Assembly (NCBI GenBank): GCA_003599855.1
Contig: QZKG01000067.1
Coordinates: 7,647 to 71,646 of the forward strand
Reading direction: 5' to 3'
From: Gaiellales bacterium
Lineage (GTDB): Bacteria > Actinomycetota > Thermoleophilia > BMS3ABIN01
Length of the DNA: 64,000 nucleotides
This document shows, piece after piece, positions 54,683-63,982 of this stretch (within the stretch, counting starts at the first letter, position 1; each line of letters begins with the position of its first letter). The notes below the pieces were generated by a model. That model did not search any database. It was not told where the DNA came from and saw only the letters and a program-made list of their open reading frames with translations. A program made the translations under genes and the position numbers.

Positions 54683-56662
54683 TTATAGAGTCCATTCTTT
54701 CCCCGCCTCCAGCCAGAGGTTCCCGGCGTCATCGAGCCGGGCTTCCCACCCGGGCGGAACCACCGTGGTGGCCTCTCCTTCCTCTATGACCGCCGGGCCG
54801 GGAACCGTGTCCAGGCCCAGGTCAAGCCGCTGCCACACGGCTGCCTCGAGCCATTCCCCGCCGAAATATGCCCGCCTGAAAAGGGGTTTCCCCGCGCCCG
54901 CCCGCGGCGGCCAGAGCTCCGGGCCTTCAAGGGCCTCGAGCGCCGTCACCCGGATATTGATGAGCTCGACTGCCTCATCCTGGGCGGTGTAGCCGTAGGC
55001 CTGTTCGTGTGCCGCGCCAAAGGCCGCCACCAGGGAATCACGGCCGCCCCCGTCATAGTCGACGGTCAACTCATGGGACTGGCCGCGGTAGCGCAGGTCC
55101 GCCTGGCGCACCACGCGCGCACCCGCCGGGCCTGCGCCTGTCTCCTCCTCCAGCCTTGCAAAGGCGGAGGCGACGAACTCCGTATCCCAGTCTGGCGGCG
55201 CGCTGACGGTCCTGACCCAGTCTCGCCGCTGGTCTCCAACCACCATGCCCAGCGCCGACAGCACCCCGCAACTGTCCGGTACCAGCACCCGGCTCACTTC
55301 CAGCTCGCCCGCCAGGTCCGCCCCGTGCATCGGTCCGGCGCCGCCGAAAGCTACCAGCACGAAACCGCGGGGGTCGTGGCCGCGCTCGACGCTGATCACC
55401 CTGAGCGCCTTCACCATCCCCGCGTTGGCCACGCGGCGGATACCCATGGCCGCTTCCTCAAGCCTCAGGCCCAGGGATGCTGCAAGGGCGCCCACTACCT
55501 CCCGCGCGGCGTCGGCGTCGAGCCTGATGCCGCCTGCTCCCCCCAGATCGCCCCCCAGGTAGCCGAGCACCAGGTTAGCGTCGGTGACGGTGGGCTCGCT
55601 GCCGCCGTTGCCGTAGCAGGCCGGCCCTGGCAGTGCCCCGGCGCTCCGCGGGCCCACGCGCAGAGCGCCGCCGGCGTCGATCCAGGCGATGCTGCCGCCG
55701 CCGGCGCCGATCGTATGGATGTCCACCATGGGCAACGCCACCGGTGAGCCGCCTATCTCACTGCTGCCGGTGACCGTAGCCGCGCCGCCGCGCACAAGCG
55801 TGACATCGGTGCTGGTCCCGCCCATGTCGAAGGCCATCAAATCCCCGCAGCCGCCGCGGCCGCCGGCGAACGCCGCCCCGACCACGCCCGCCGCCGGTCC
55901 CGAAAGCAGCAGGGGCGCGGCGCTAGCCGCCGCCAGCGGCAGCGGGATGACTCCGCCGTTGGACTGCATGATCGCTGGCTCGGGCAACCCGGCCGCCCTG
56001 ACCCCCTCCCCCAGCGAGGCAAGGTAACGCTGGACCACCGGCGTCAGGTAGGCGTCCACCGCGGTGGTGCTGAAGCGCTCGTACTCCCGGAACTGGGGCA
56101 GCACCCGCGAGGAGAGCGACACATGCACGCCGGGCAGTTCGCGCTTCAGCAGCTCCCCCAGCCGTTCCTCGTGACCGGGGTTTAAGAAGGAGAAGAGCAG
56201 GCAGACAGCGATGGCCTCGGGCCGGGCATCCTTGAGCCGGGCGACCAGGCGCTCAGCCTCGCGGTCGGTCAACTCCCGCTCGGCGCCGGCCGGGGTGACC
56301 CGCTCCACAACGGTGTACCTGAGCTCCCGGGGCACCAGGGGCTCGGGCCGCTCCGGGCAGAGGTCGTAAAGGCGCGAGCGGTTCTGGCGGCCGATCTCCA
56401 GGATGTCCCTGAAGCCTTCCGTGGCCACCGCGGCCGTGCGCGCGCCCTGACGCTCCAGCAGGGCGTTGGTGGCCGTAGTCATACCGTGGGCGAAGTAATC
56501 CACCTGGCCGGCCTCCACGCCCGCCGCAGCGAGCGCCCGGAAAGCCGCCGCCAGGACGCCCTCGGACTGGTCCGGAGTGGTGGCGACCTTGGCCCGGAAC
56601 AGCTCCCCGCCGTGGACAAGGACGCAATCGGTGAACGTGCCGCCGACGTCGATGCCGAGCAT
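54683..56662 (-). CDS. hyuA: hydantoinase A / 5-oxoprolinase subunit A family
   Basis: Internal start MLGIDVGGTFTDCVLV is the HyuA N-terminal signature; the 146-codon GTG-initiated extension in the ORF track is rejected. The gene lies immediately upstream of hyuB. Confidence 0.75.
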   Translation of the reverse strand: MLGIDVGGTFTDCVLVHGGELFRAKVATTPDQSEGVLAAAFRALAAAGVEAGQVDYFAHGMTTATNALLERQGARTAAVATEGFRDILEIGRQNRSRLYDLCPERPEPLVPRELRYTVVERVTPAGAERELTDREAERLVARLKDARPEAIAVCLLFSFLNPGHEERLGELLKRELPGVHVSLSSRVLPQFREYERFSTTAVDAYLTPVVQRYLASLGEGVRAAGLPEPAIMQSNGGVIPLPLAAASAAPLLLSGPAAGVVGAAFAGGRGGCGDLMAFDMGGTSTDVTLVRGGAATVTGSSEIGGSPVALPMVDIHTIGAGGGSIAWIDAGGALRVGPRSAGALPGPACYGNGGSEPTVTDANLVLGYLGGDLGGAGGIRLDADAAREVVGALAASLGLRLEEAAMGIRRVANAGMVKALRVISVERGHDPRGFVLVAFGGAGPMHGADLAGELEVSRVLVPDSCGVLSALGMVVGDQRRDWVRTVSAPPDWDTEFVASAFARLEEETGAGPAGARVVRQADLRYRGQSHELTVDYDGGGRDSLVAAFGAAHEQAYGYTAQDEAVELINIRVTALEALEGPELWPPRAGAGKPLFRRAYFGGEWLEAAVWQRLDLGLDTVPGPAVIEEGEATTVVPPGWEARLDDAGNLWLEAGKEWTL

Positions 56663-56688
56663 CAGCCGTTGCTGACGTCCGCCGGCGC

Positions 56689-58209
56689 TCAAAGCGTCTT
56701 GAACCAGGCCAGCAGGCTGATGGATTCGAACAACACCAGCCACACCAGCAACAACTGGGCGAAGAAGATGGCCCGCTCCCGCCTCAGCAGCCTGTCGATG
56801 CCGAAGACCAGCAGGAAAGCGATCACCGGGATCAGCGGGTAGAGGTAGCGGCCGGGCACCCCGCCGATCCCCGAACCGAAGGGCAGCAGCAGGTTGACCG
56901 CGAAGCCTATGATAAATGTGAAGGCCAGGAACAGCACGCGCGGCTGCACGGCCCTGACTTCGCCGCGCCCGCGGCTGAAGTAGTAGAGCAGGCCGGCGAC
57001 ACCGGCGCCCACCGCGGCGAAGATCCCCACGACGGTGTAGCTGGTGAGCGGGAAGGGCAGGCCCGGCCAGACGGGCTCCCCGAACCAGAACGTCGGCCAC
57101 AGCTCGTTGACGCGCAGGGTCTCTATCGATACCAGCGGCGACATGAAGAAAGACGACATCAGGGGGCGCGCCGCGCTCACCCCGGTAGCGTCGCCGTAAC
57201 GCGCCAGATTGTGGATGAACCAGGGAGATATGACGGCCAGGGAGACAGCCAGGGCCGCCGCCGCGTGCGTAACGGCCCGCCGCAGCCGCTCCCGGCGGTA
57301 GGCACAGGCCAGCGCGAAGGCGGTGAGCGCCACCGGCACCAGGAAGACCGTGGTCAGCTTGGCCAGCATGGCCGCCCCCATGAGCAGGCCGGCTAGCGTT
57401 GTGCGCTTGCGGCTCAGGCCCCGGGCCAGCGAACGGGCCAGCACAAGGATCGCCGCGCCGGCGAGGGGGATAGCCAGGACGTCGTTGGTCATCTGGGACA
57501 TGTTGAGCGGATAACCCTGGATCAACACCGCCGCCACCGGCGCCCCGTATAGCACCAGGCGGCTGTCAGGGAATGTCTCCTTCGCCAGCAGGTAGGTGAT
57601 CGGGACCATCGACGACATGATGATCGCGGCCAGCACCCTCATGGCATACAGGCGTATCATGGGATCGTCGGGCAGCGCCGCGTACACCGGGGCGTTGACC
57701 GCGTAGTAGAGCGGCGGCTGCATGGCCTCGTAGTTGAACCGCCAGAGGTTCCAGCGCACCCATTCCTCGCGGTCATGGTCGCTGAGCCCCTCGGGCACTT
57801 TTATCCAGGCGTCCGGGTCCAGGTACACCGGGTCCGAGGAGCTGCCCGCGGGACGCCAGCCCCACTGTCCCCGTTCGAGCGACACATCTATCACTTCCGG
57901 CGAGACGAAAGTCTCACCCTGCACTGGCAGGGACTTCTCCTCCACCAGGTACTGGACGTAATGGAAATGCTGTGCCTCATCGACTCGGCTCCACACCGGT
58001 TGGGTGAGGGCGAAGGTCAGGCCAAGGGCCAGCAATACCAGCCAGGCGGCGAGCATCGACCGGGCCGGGCCGCTCAACCCGCGCCAAAGCCGCTTTCGCC
58101 CGGCCACGCCCTCGGGCTGCAGACGGGCCTCGGCGGCGCCCTCCACCGCCACCCCTCCTCTCCCCGCCAGCGCCGTTGGGCTTCCCTGTCCATCGTGCCT
58201 CTCTGGCAT
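56689..58209 (-). CDS. ArnT/PMT-like (GT39/GT83, PMT_2) integral membrane glycosyltransferase
   Basis: About 12 TM with a periplasmic loop. The ATG overlaps the upstream gene stop as ATGA at 58209. The YYAVNAPVYA...LAKETFPDSRLVL region is typical of ArnT-like enzymes. Confidence 0.6.
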   Translation of the reverse strand: MPERHDGQGSPTALAGRGGVAVEGAAEARLQPEGVAGRKRLWRGLSGPARSMLAAWLVLLALGLTFALTQPVWSRVDEAQHFHYVQYLVEEKSLPVQGETFVSPEVIDVSLERGQWGWRPAGSSSDPVYLDPDAWIKVPEGLSDHDREEWVRWNLWRFNYEAMQPPLYYAVNAPVYAALPDDPMIRLYAMRVLAAIIMSSMVPITYLLAKETFPDSRLVLYGAPVAAVLIQGYPLNMSQMTNDVLAIPLAGAAILVLARSLARGLSRKRTTLAGLLMGAAMLAKLTTVFLVPVALTAFALACAYRRERLRRAVTHAAAALAVSLAVISPWFIHNLARYGDATGVSAARPLMSSFFMSPLVSIETLRVNELWPTFWFGEPVWPGLPFPLTSYTVVGIFAAVGAGVAGLLYYFSRGRGEVRAVQPRVLFLAFTFIIGFAVNLLLPFGSGIGGVPGRYLYPLIPVIAFLLVFGIDRLLRRERAIFFAQLLLVWLVLFESISLLAWFKTL

Positions 58210-59345
58210 CAGGCGATCCACCTCCCCGAGACGAACACGGCCGTGGAGACTCCCAGAAGGCCCAACGACACGGCCGACAGCGCCCAGCGCGCCGGCCGGC
58301 CGGCAGTCAGCAGCCCCAGCAGGATGAAGACCGGGAAGACCATCAGTGTATAGCGGCTCATGGACCTGACCGAGCCGCCCACCAGCACGAACAGCAGGCT
58401 GATGATGACATATAGAGAGTAAGAGCCACGCAGGTACCTGAAACCCACCACCAGCATGACGAGCATGAAAATGATGGTGAGGATGTCATAGACGACCCAG
58501 GCCTCATGGGTCCTGGTGAAGAAGATATCGATGTCGTGCCGCAGGCTGCCGAAGAACGGTGTGAACTTGTGGGACCAGGCGTCGATCTGGGTCTCGATGA
58601 AAGCCAGCGGCCGGTCGAACTCCCGCTGCAGGTACACCGAGTATGCCAGTGTGCCGCATGGTATCAGGCCGAGCCAAAGGACCCCCGGACGTACCCGCGC
58701 TGGCGAAAAGGAGCGTTGCGAGAGGTACTCCCAGGCGAGCGGTATCACCAGCAGCAGCCCGGTGACGCGGGTCAGGGCGGCCACGAGTCCCCACAGGCCC
58801 GCCAGGGCCCAGTCATCCTTGCGGGCGTGATAGAAGGCGCCGATGCTCGCCAGCAGGAATAACGACTCGGTATAGAAGCTGTTGAAGAAGAAGGCTGTGG
58901 GAAAGATGGCGATGAACCACACCGCGCGACCGGCGGTGGCGGCGCCGTGATCCATCTCCGCGAGCCGGTACAGGTAGACCATGGCGGCGAACAGGCAGGA
59001 AAGCGACAGCAGCAGCCCGGCCAGGAGATAGCTCCCGCCCAGCAGCCAGCCGGAGGCCCTGACCAACATGGGATAGAGCGGGAAGAAAGCCACGTTTGAC
59101 TGCATGCCGTCAGCCCATTCGTAACCTTCGCGGATGACTGACATGTACCAGTTGGCGTCCCACCGGTACCAGTAACTGGCGAACCAGGGCGCCCACCCGT
59201 CCAGGGGCACCGACTTGCCCCGCTCGACAGCAGGGAGGAAATGGTAGCCGGCTGCCGCTGCAAGGAATATGTAGGCGCGACTGACGGCAAAAGAACTGGC
59301 AACGGACTTGAGCATCGGCAAATCCCTTGTCGTCTCTGATGACAA
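58209..59345 (-). CDS. integral membrane mannosyltransferase-like protein (PIG-V/GT87-like)
   Basis: A multi-TM protein with WDANWYMSVIREGYEW resembling the Mannosyl_trans2 (PIG-V) motif. Family assignment is tentative. Confidence 0.45.
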   Translation of the reverse strand: MSSETTRDLPMLKSVASSFAVSRAYIFLAAAAGYHFLPAVERGKSVPLDGWAPWFASYWYRWDANWYMSVIREGYEWADGMQSNVAFFPLYPMLVRASGWLLGGSYLLAGLLLSLSCLFAAMVYLYRLAEMDHGAATAGRAVWFIAIFPTAFFFNSFYTESLFLLASIGAFYHARKDDWALAGLWGLVAALTRVTGLLLVIPLAWEYLSQRSFSPARVRPGVLWLGLIPCGTLAYSVYLQREFDRPLAFIETQIDAWSHKFTPFFGSLRHDIDIFFTRTHEAWVVYDILTIIFMLVMLVVGFRYLRGSYSLYVIISLLFVLVGGSVRSMSRYTLMVFPVFILLGLLTAGRPARWALSAVSLGLLGVSTAVFVSGRWIA

Positions 59346-59411
59346 AGCAAGGTAGATGATACCAGAAGGGAGGCCTTCTTTCGCCGCCGGGCGGCCCCGG
59401 CCAGGCGGGCG

Positions 59412-60842
59412 CTATTTATTCAGCGCCTTCTCCTCGTGGTATTCCTTCTCGGCGTTTACCGCGTCCAGGTCATGCTCCTCGCCGAGGATGTTACGCGCCG
59501 CGAGGATGCCGGTCTTCATCGAATGGTCCATGTTGTTGTACTTGTAGGTGCCGTAGCGGCCGATGATCTGCAGATTGCCGAAGGAGCCGATGTAGTCCTT
59601 TATCCTGTCCAGCGGTTCCTCGTAGCCCAGCTCGTAGGTGGGGTAGGCCTTGGGGATGCGCACGACGAAAGCATCGATGACCTCCTCCTCCTTGAGGAAG
59701 CCCAGGCTCTCGTCCAGCTCTCTCACCGCGAGGGCGATGATGTCGGCGTCTTCCATGTTCCAGATGTCGCCCTCCTTGAAGCAAAAGAACTCGGCCACGA
59801 TGGAGCTCTTGCCTGGAGGGGCCATGTCCGGGCTCCAGTTCCTGGGCTCGTGGATCCGCCCCAGCCTGAGCGCGGGGTCGTGGATGTAGATCCAGGTCTG
59901 ATCGGTCACCTGGGGCTTGTCCACCATGATGTTGACCGTGATCAGGTCCCGGTAACGGAGCCTGCGCGCGGCCTCGGCTACCTCTTCCGGCGCCTCGGGC
60001 CTCATGGCCAGGACCAGCTCCGTGAGCGGCATGCTGGAGCAGAGATGGTCCACTTCCAACCGGTAGCCGCCGTCCTCAGCCTCGACGTCCACCGATCTGA
60101 TGACGCCGTCCTCATGGTTGACGGCCGTCACCCGGGAATGCATGCTGACCTCGTTGCCCAGCTCCGTGACCACGTCAGCCATGCGTTCGCTCAGGCGGCC
60201 GATGCCCAGGCGCGGGTACATGAACTTGTCGATCAGCGTCGCCACCTTGCCGTTCTTGGAACCCATGAGCGCGTCCTTGATAGCCACTCTCAACGACAGC
60301 CCCTTGATCCGCTGGGCGGCCCATTCGGCGCAGATCTGGTTGCAGTCGATGCCCCAGACTTTCTCGGTGTAGTTCTTGAAGAAGAGCTTGAAGAGCTGGC
60401 GGCCGAACTCGTTGCTGACCCAGTCTTCCAGGGAGACGATCTCGGGCTTTCTGAAGATATTACGCACCTTGACGGCGCCGTAGTCGGCCAGGCACCTGGC
60501 GGTGGTGCCAATGCCCATGCCCAGGAGAGCGTTGGCAGGCTTGAGGGGGTAGTCGAAATACTTGCCGAGGTAGAAGATCTTGCTGGAGCGATTGACCCAG
60601 ACGATCTCGTCGCCCAGGACCTCGCGAAAGAAATCCTCGATCTCCTCGTCCTTGGTGAAAAAGCGGTGGCCGCCGAGATCGAAGCGGAAGCCGTCGCGCA
60701 CGACGGTGCGTGAGATGCCCCCCACCTGACCGCTCATCTCCAGCACGAGCGTCTCGACGTTGTTGCGGCTCAGGACGTACGCGGCGCTCAAGCCGGCTGG
60801 TCCCGCCCCGATGACTCCTACCTCAGTCCTTTTACCCTGCAA
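59412..60842 (-). CDS. FAD-dependent oxidoreductase (amine-oxidase/UDP-galactopyranose-mutase-like fold)
   Basis: TTG start with SD aggag. N-terminal dinucleotide motif VGVIGAGPAGLSAAYVL...LEMSGQVGG. 476 aa. Confidence 0.7.
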   Translation of the reverse strand: MQGKRTEVGVIGAGPAGLSAAYVLSRNNVETLVLEMSGQVGGISRTVVRDGFRFDLGGHRFFTKDEEIEDFFREVLGDEIVWVNRSSKIFYLGKYFDYPLKPANALLGMGIGTTARCLADYGAVKVRNIFRKPEIVSLEDWVSNEFGRQLFKLFFKNYTEKVWGIDCNQICAEWAAQRIKGLSLRVAIKDALMGSKNGKVATLIDKFMYPRLGIGRLSERMADVVTELGNEVSMHSRVTAVNHEDGVIRSVDVEAEDGGYRLEVDHLCSSMPLTELVLAMRPEAPEEVAEAARRLRYRDLITVNIMVDKPQVTDQTWIYIHDPALRLGRIHEPRNWSPDMAPPGKSSIVAEFFCFKEGDIWNMEDADIIALAVRELDESLGFLKEEEVIDAFVVRIPKAYPTYELGYEEPLDRIKDYIGSFGNLQIIGRYGTYKYNNMDHSMKTGILAARNILGEEHDLDAVNAEKEYHEEKALNK

Positions 60843-61416
60843 GTGAAGCTCCTGCGTCCTCGCAAATCAGAATAAGTCCATTTATTCCCTGGGGTGGCGA
60901 AAACAGCAACATCAATGCAAGGTCCATCGCGCCCACCACCCTGACGCTGGTGGCCGAGTCGCCCGGAATGACCGCAATCGACGGATTGTAATCATCGGAA
61001 GGAATCCTCTGCTACCCACTAGCGCTTGTCTAATTATAGCGACAGGGGTAAAACCGGACAAGTTCGATTTATCCAGATGAGGCCGAGGAGTGAAAAAACC
61101 AGCATCCGGGTATAAGTTTGATTTGGCACACCCGAAGAATCGGCTTGCATGGGGCGCGGTCAGACTGTTTCAGGAAAAGGTTGAGCCCGTAGGTGGGGGG
61201 AGGCTAAACTCACAACCTACGGGCTCCCTTTTAGGGCGGAGGCATTCGCCTCTTGCCAATGTAGTGGTATTCAATGAATATATCGACTCACCGGAACCAT
61301 CCTTTAGAATAAATATTGGTTTTTTACTTAATTTTGAGATAAATCTTTTTCAGGCAGGTTCTTTACCCGCTGCCAGCAGGCAAAATAGCGGCTGCAGCCC
61401 TACCAGAGGAGGAGAT

Positions 61417-61737
61417 ATGAGCGGCGAAGAGCAGGGTCACGGTGCCCAGGGACCCCAGGTCAAGGTCCAGGTGCCGCCGGAAGTCCAGCGCGGCGTGTAT
61501 GCCAACATGGCGCGGGTCAACCACTCGGAGTTCGAGTTCTCCATCGACTTCGCCAACGCTGATTTTGCCGGCCAGGACGCGGCTGGGAACATACCGGCGA
61601 TAGTAGTCACCCGTGTGATGGTCAGCCATGAGTTCATGCCGCGGCTGCTCGAGGCCCTGCAGGACAACTACAGCCGCTACCTCACACGTCGCGACATCGA
61701 GGGCCTGCCGGAGACGGATGAACCCCTCGGCGGCTAG
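61417..61737 (+). CDS. DUF3467-like small protein
   Basis: The SD gaggaggag precedes MSGEEQ.... The motif VYANMARVNHSEFEFSIDFA is as I recall for DUF3467. The AT-rich upstream part of ORF 61090..61737 is rejected as coding. Confidence 0.55.
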   Translation: MSGEEQGHGAQGPQVKVQVPPEVQRGVYANMARVNHSEFEFSIDFANADFAGQDAAGNIPAIVVTRVMVSHEFMPRLLEALQDNYSRYLTRRDIEGLPETDEPLGG

Positions 61738-61862
61738 TTGTTTAAAATAGGGCCGGACGTGTCAGATTGATGATAAGCGGGCTTCTTTATCAGTCCGTGC
61801 CGCGAGTCTGCGTGGCAGTGCATGTGTCCCTGAGCGCTATTGCGAGAAAGTGAGATGACTAC

Positions 61863-62150
61863 ATGTGCATTCCCTGGGAGCACGTACCCGGCTCTCCGAT
61901 CGACCATGACGTGCGTCTGTTCGCCCTGAGCACCTGCGGCTGGTGCCGCCGGACCAAGCAGCTCCTGGAGGAGCTGGGCGTCGAGTATTACCGTGTCGAT
62001 GTCGACCTCCTGGACAGCGGGGTCAAGGACGAAGTGGTGGCGGAAGTGAAGAAGTGGAACAGCGCCGCCACTTTCCCCACGATCGTCATCGACAACCAAA
62101 AGGCCATCATCGGCTATGAGGCTGAAGAGATCAGGGAAAAGCTGTCATGA
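61863..62150 (+). CDS. glutaredoxin-like thioredoxin-fold protein (CGWC active site)
   Basis: VRLFALSTCGWCRRTKQLLEELGVEYYRVDVD...FPTIVIDNQKAIIGY is a glutaredoxin/NrdH-like pattern. Confidence 0.75.
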   Translation: MCIPWEHVPGSPIDHDVRLFALSTCGWCRRTKQLLEELGVEYYRVDVDLLDSGVKDEVVAEVKKWNSAATFPTIVIDNQKAIIGYEAEEIREKLS

Positions 62151-62644
62151 GCAGCGCCGGCGCCATTGACGAGCTGTACGAGAAACTCGATCGCGAGGCG
62201 CGGGAGGGCGGCTACCACCTCAACCCCGACCGTGAGTTCACCCGCGAGCTGGTGGAAGGGCTCGCCGCGAACCAGGAGCGCTTCGGCTACATGGCCTGTC
62301 CCTGCCGCCTGGCTGACGGCGAGCGCGCCCGGGACCTCGACATCATCTGCCCCTGTTACTACCGCGACCCCGATCTGGCCGAGTACGGCCAGTGCTATTG
62401 TGCCCTGTATGTCTCAGAGGCGGTGGTAGAGGGCGAGGCCGGCACCGGTCCGATACCCGAGCGGCGGCCGGAAGGCGGCGTCCCCGCCGAGCCTTCCGGC
62501 GAGCCGGCCGGCGCCCCTGGCGGCAGCCTGTCAAAACCGGTCTGGCGCTGCCGGGTCTGTGGCTACCTCTGCGGCCGCGACGAGCCCCCGGAGCACTGTC
62601 CCATCTGCGGCGCCGACAGCGACCGCTTCGAACGCTTCATGTAG
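62147..62644 (+). CDS. ferredoxin:thioredoxin reductase catalytic-subunit-like protein fused to a C-terminal rubredoxin-like domain
   Basis: FTR-C Cys pattern YMACPCRLADGERARDLDIICPCYYRDPDLAEYGQCYCALYV. Pro/Gly-rich linker. Rubredoxin-like WRCRVCGYLC...HCPICGA. The start overlaps the glutaredoxin stop by 4 nt. Confidence 0.75.
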   Translation: MSSAGAIDELYEKLDREAREGGYHLNPDREFTRELVEGLAANQERFGYMACPCRLADGERARDLDIICPCYYRDPDLAEYGQCYCALYVSEAVVEGEAGTGPIPERRPEGGVPAEPSGEPAGAPGGSLSKPVWRCRVCGYLCGRDEPPEHCPICGADSDRFERFM

Positions 62645-62651
62645 GCACGCC

Positions 62652-63266
62652 ATGGGCAGGAACAAGGATGACTCCCGCTGGGAGGAGATGTACCAGGCCC
62701 ATGATGTGGAGACGATGCCCTGGTACCTGCCCGGTCTCGACCCGGATTTCGAGGAAGCCCTGGAAAACCACTCCATCGGCCCAGGCAAGGCGCTTGACCT
62801 CTGCACCGGTCCGGCGACACAGGCGATGGCCCTGGCCGAACTCGGCTTCGACGTCTTCGCCACCGACATCTCGGAGACAGCGGTACGCCTGGCTGCGCAA
62901 AAGGCGAAGCTGAAAGGGCTCGAGATATCGTTCCGGCAGGCGGACATCCTCAGGGACGACCTTGGCGGGGAGTTCGACCTGCTGCTCGACCGGGGCTGCT
63001 TCCACGTCTTTGAGCCGGGGCAGCGCGGGATGTACGTGGATGCCGTGGACCAGCTGTTAAGACCGGGGGGTTACCTGCTGCTGAAGTGCTTCAGCCACCG
63101 GGAGAAACGACGGGAGGGCCCTTACCGGTTCACGCCGGAAGAGCTGGGCGGCTATTTTTCCGGTGTGCTCAAGGTGCTCTCGATCAGGGATGCCGTCTTC
63201 AAGGGCACACTGGAACATTACCCGAAAGCCCTTTTCTGCGTAATGAGGAAACCGGGGCGTCAATAA
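62652..63266 (+). CDS. class I SAM-dependent methyltransferase (TehB/TPMT-like)
   Basis: The internal ATG lies 8 nt after the FTR-like stop. Motif I ALDLCTGPATQAMALAELGFDVFATDISETAV and motif II LLLDRGCFHV are present. Confidence 0.7.
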   Translation: MGRNKDDSRWEEMYQAHDVETMPWYLPGLDPDFEEALENHSIGPGKALDLCTGPATQAMALAELGFDVFATDISETAVRLAAQKAKLKGLEISFRQADILRDDLGGEFDLLLDRGCFHVFEPGQRGMYVDAVDQLLRPGGYLLLKCFSHREKRREGPYRFTPEELGGYFSGVLKVLSIRDAVFKGTLEHYPKALFCVMRKPGRQ

Positions 63267-63274
63267 AATAAAAA

Positions 63275-63320
63275 GAGCCCTTCAGGCTCACTCGACCGGA
63301 CGCGCTTATCCGCGTCCCGG
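63275..63320. terminator. bidirectional terminator region (two hairpins between convergent genes)
   Basis: Hairpin gagcc-cttca-ggctc is flanked by an A-tract (a U-tract on the minus strand). The second hairpin is ccggacgcg-cttat-ccgcgtcccgg. Confidence 0.4.
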
Positions 63321-63346
63321 CTCCCTTTCCCGCCTTCCTGCCAGCT

Positions 63347-63532
63347 TCAGGTGACGCTGTGGGTGCGGGTAGGACCGCCAACCTCTACCGGATTCTGCCA
63401 GAGCCTGTTGATGAACGTGTCGGCCTTCTTGCCGGAGACCCACTCGTGTTTCCCGTCATCAGACTCGTCGCAAGGCCCGGTCCAGGCGAAGTTGGTGATG
63501 CTCTTGCAATGTTTGCAAAGATAGTAATCCAT
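63347..63532 (-). CDS. small hypothetical protein (61 aa, CxxC)
   Basis: MDYYLCKHCKSITNFAWTGPCDESDDGKHEW... is followed by the terminator hairpin. Confidence 0.25.
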   Translation of the reverse strand: MDYYLCKHCKSITNFAWTGPCDESDDGKHEWVSGKKADTFINRLWQNPVEVGGPTRTHSVT

Positions 63533-63769
63533 CGCCCTGCCTCCCCTGCTTGCTGCCGCGGAACCTCTTTACTCGCAGATGCCTGTCAAACCCTGTCCTT
63601 GAGATCACCCTGGAGCTTCATCTGACTGGCTGTCACGTGGTTTTCACTGCATGGGCACCTGTGATTCCGTTTATATATCATGCCACCAATCAAATGATTT
63701 CAAACGGACACACCTTAGTCAATTACCTTCTCGGCGGATAAATTCCTGCAATTTGCGTTATTTTTTCTG

Positions 63770-63982
63770 TCAGGAGCGGGGAGTGGCCGTGCCGGAGATG
63801 ACGATGACGCCTGCTGTCGCCTGCATTGGGAAGGATTCGGCTACCGGACCGGCCAGCCATACTTCCGCCCGCTGGCCTGACTCGAGCGCCTCGAAACCGA
63901 CGTCTCCCAGGTTCCCGGGCTTCTCGCCCACCTGGCGGTAGACGAGAGTGTCCGCATCGATGGTGATGACGTACTTGTCCAC
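63770..63982 (-). CDS. hypothetical protein (70 aa)
   Basis: Clean ORF near the window edge (MDKYVITIDADTLVYRQVGEKPGNLGDVGFEALESGQRAEVW...). No recognisable motif. Confidence 0.3.
   Translation of the reverse strand: MDKYVITIDADTLVYRQVGEKPGNLGDVGFEALESGQRAEVWLAGPVAESFPMQATAGVIVISGTATPRS

Noticed and set aside
56663-57100. GTG-initiated 146-codon N-terminal extension of the hydantoinase A ORF (54683..57100).
   Set aside because: The extension is Arg/Pro-rich with no homology. It overlaps the C-terminus of the glycosyltransferase gene in another frame. The conserved HyuA N-terminus MLGIDVGGTFTD begins at the internal ATG.
61090-61416. N-terminal 109 codons of ORF 61090..61737 upstream of the DUF3467 gene.
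   Set aside because: This is an AT-rich stretch with implausible codon usage (INIGFLLNFEINLF). A strong SD (gaggaggag) sits immediately before the internal ATG at 61417. The region is better explained as regulatory DNA with hairpins.
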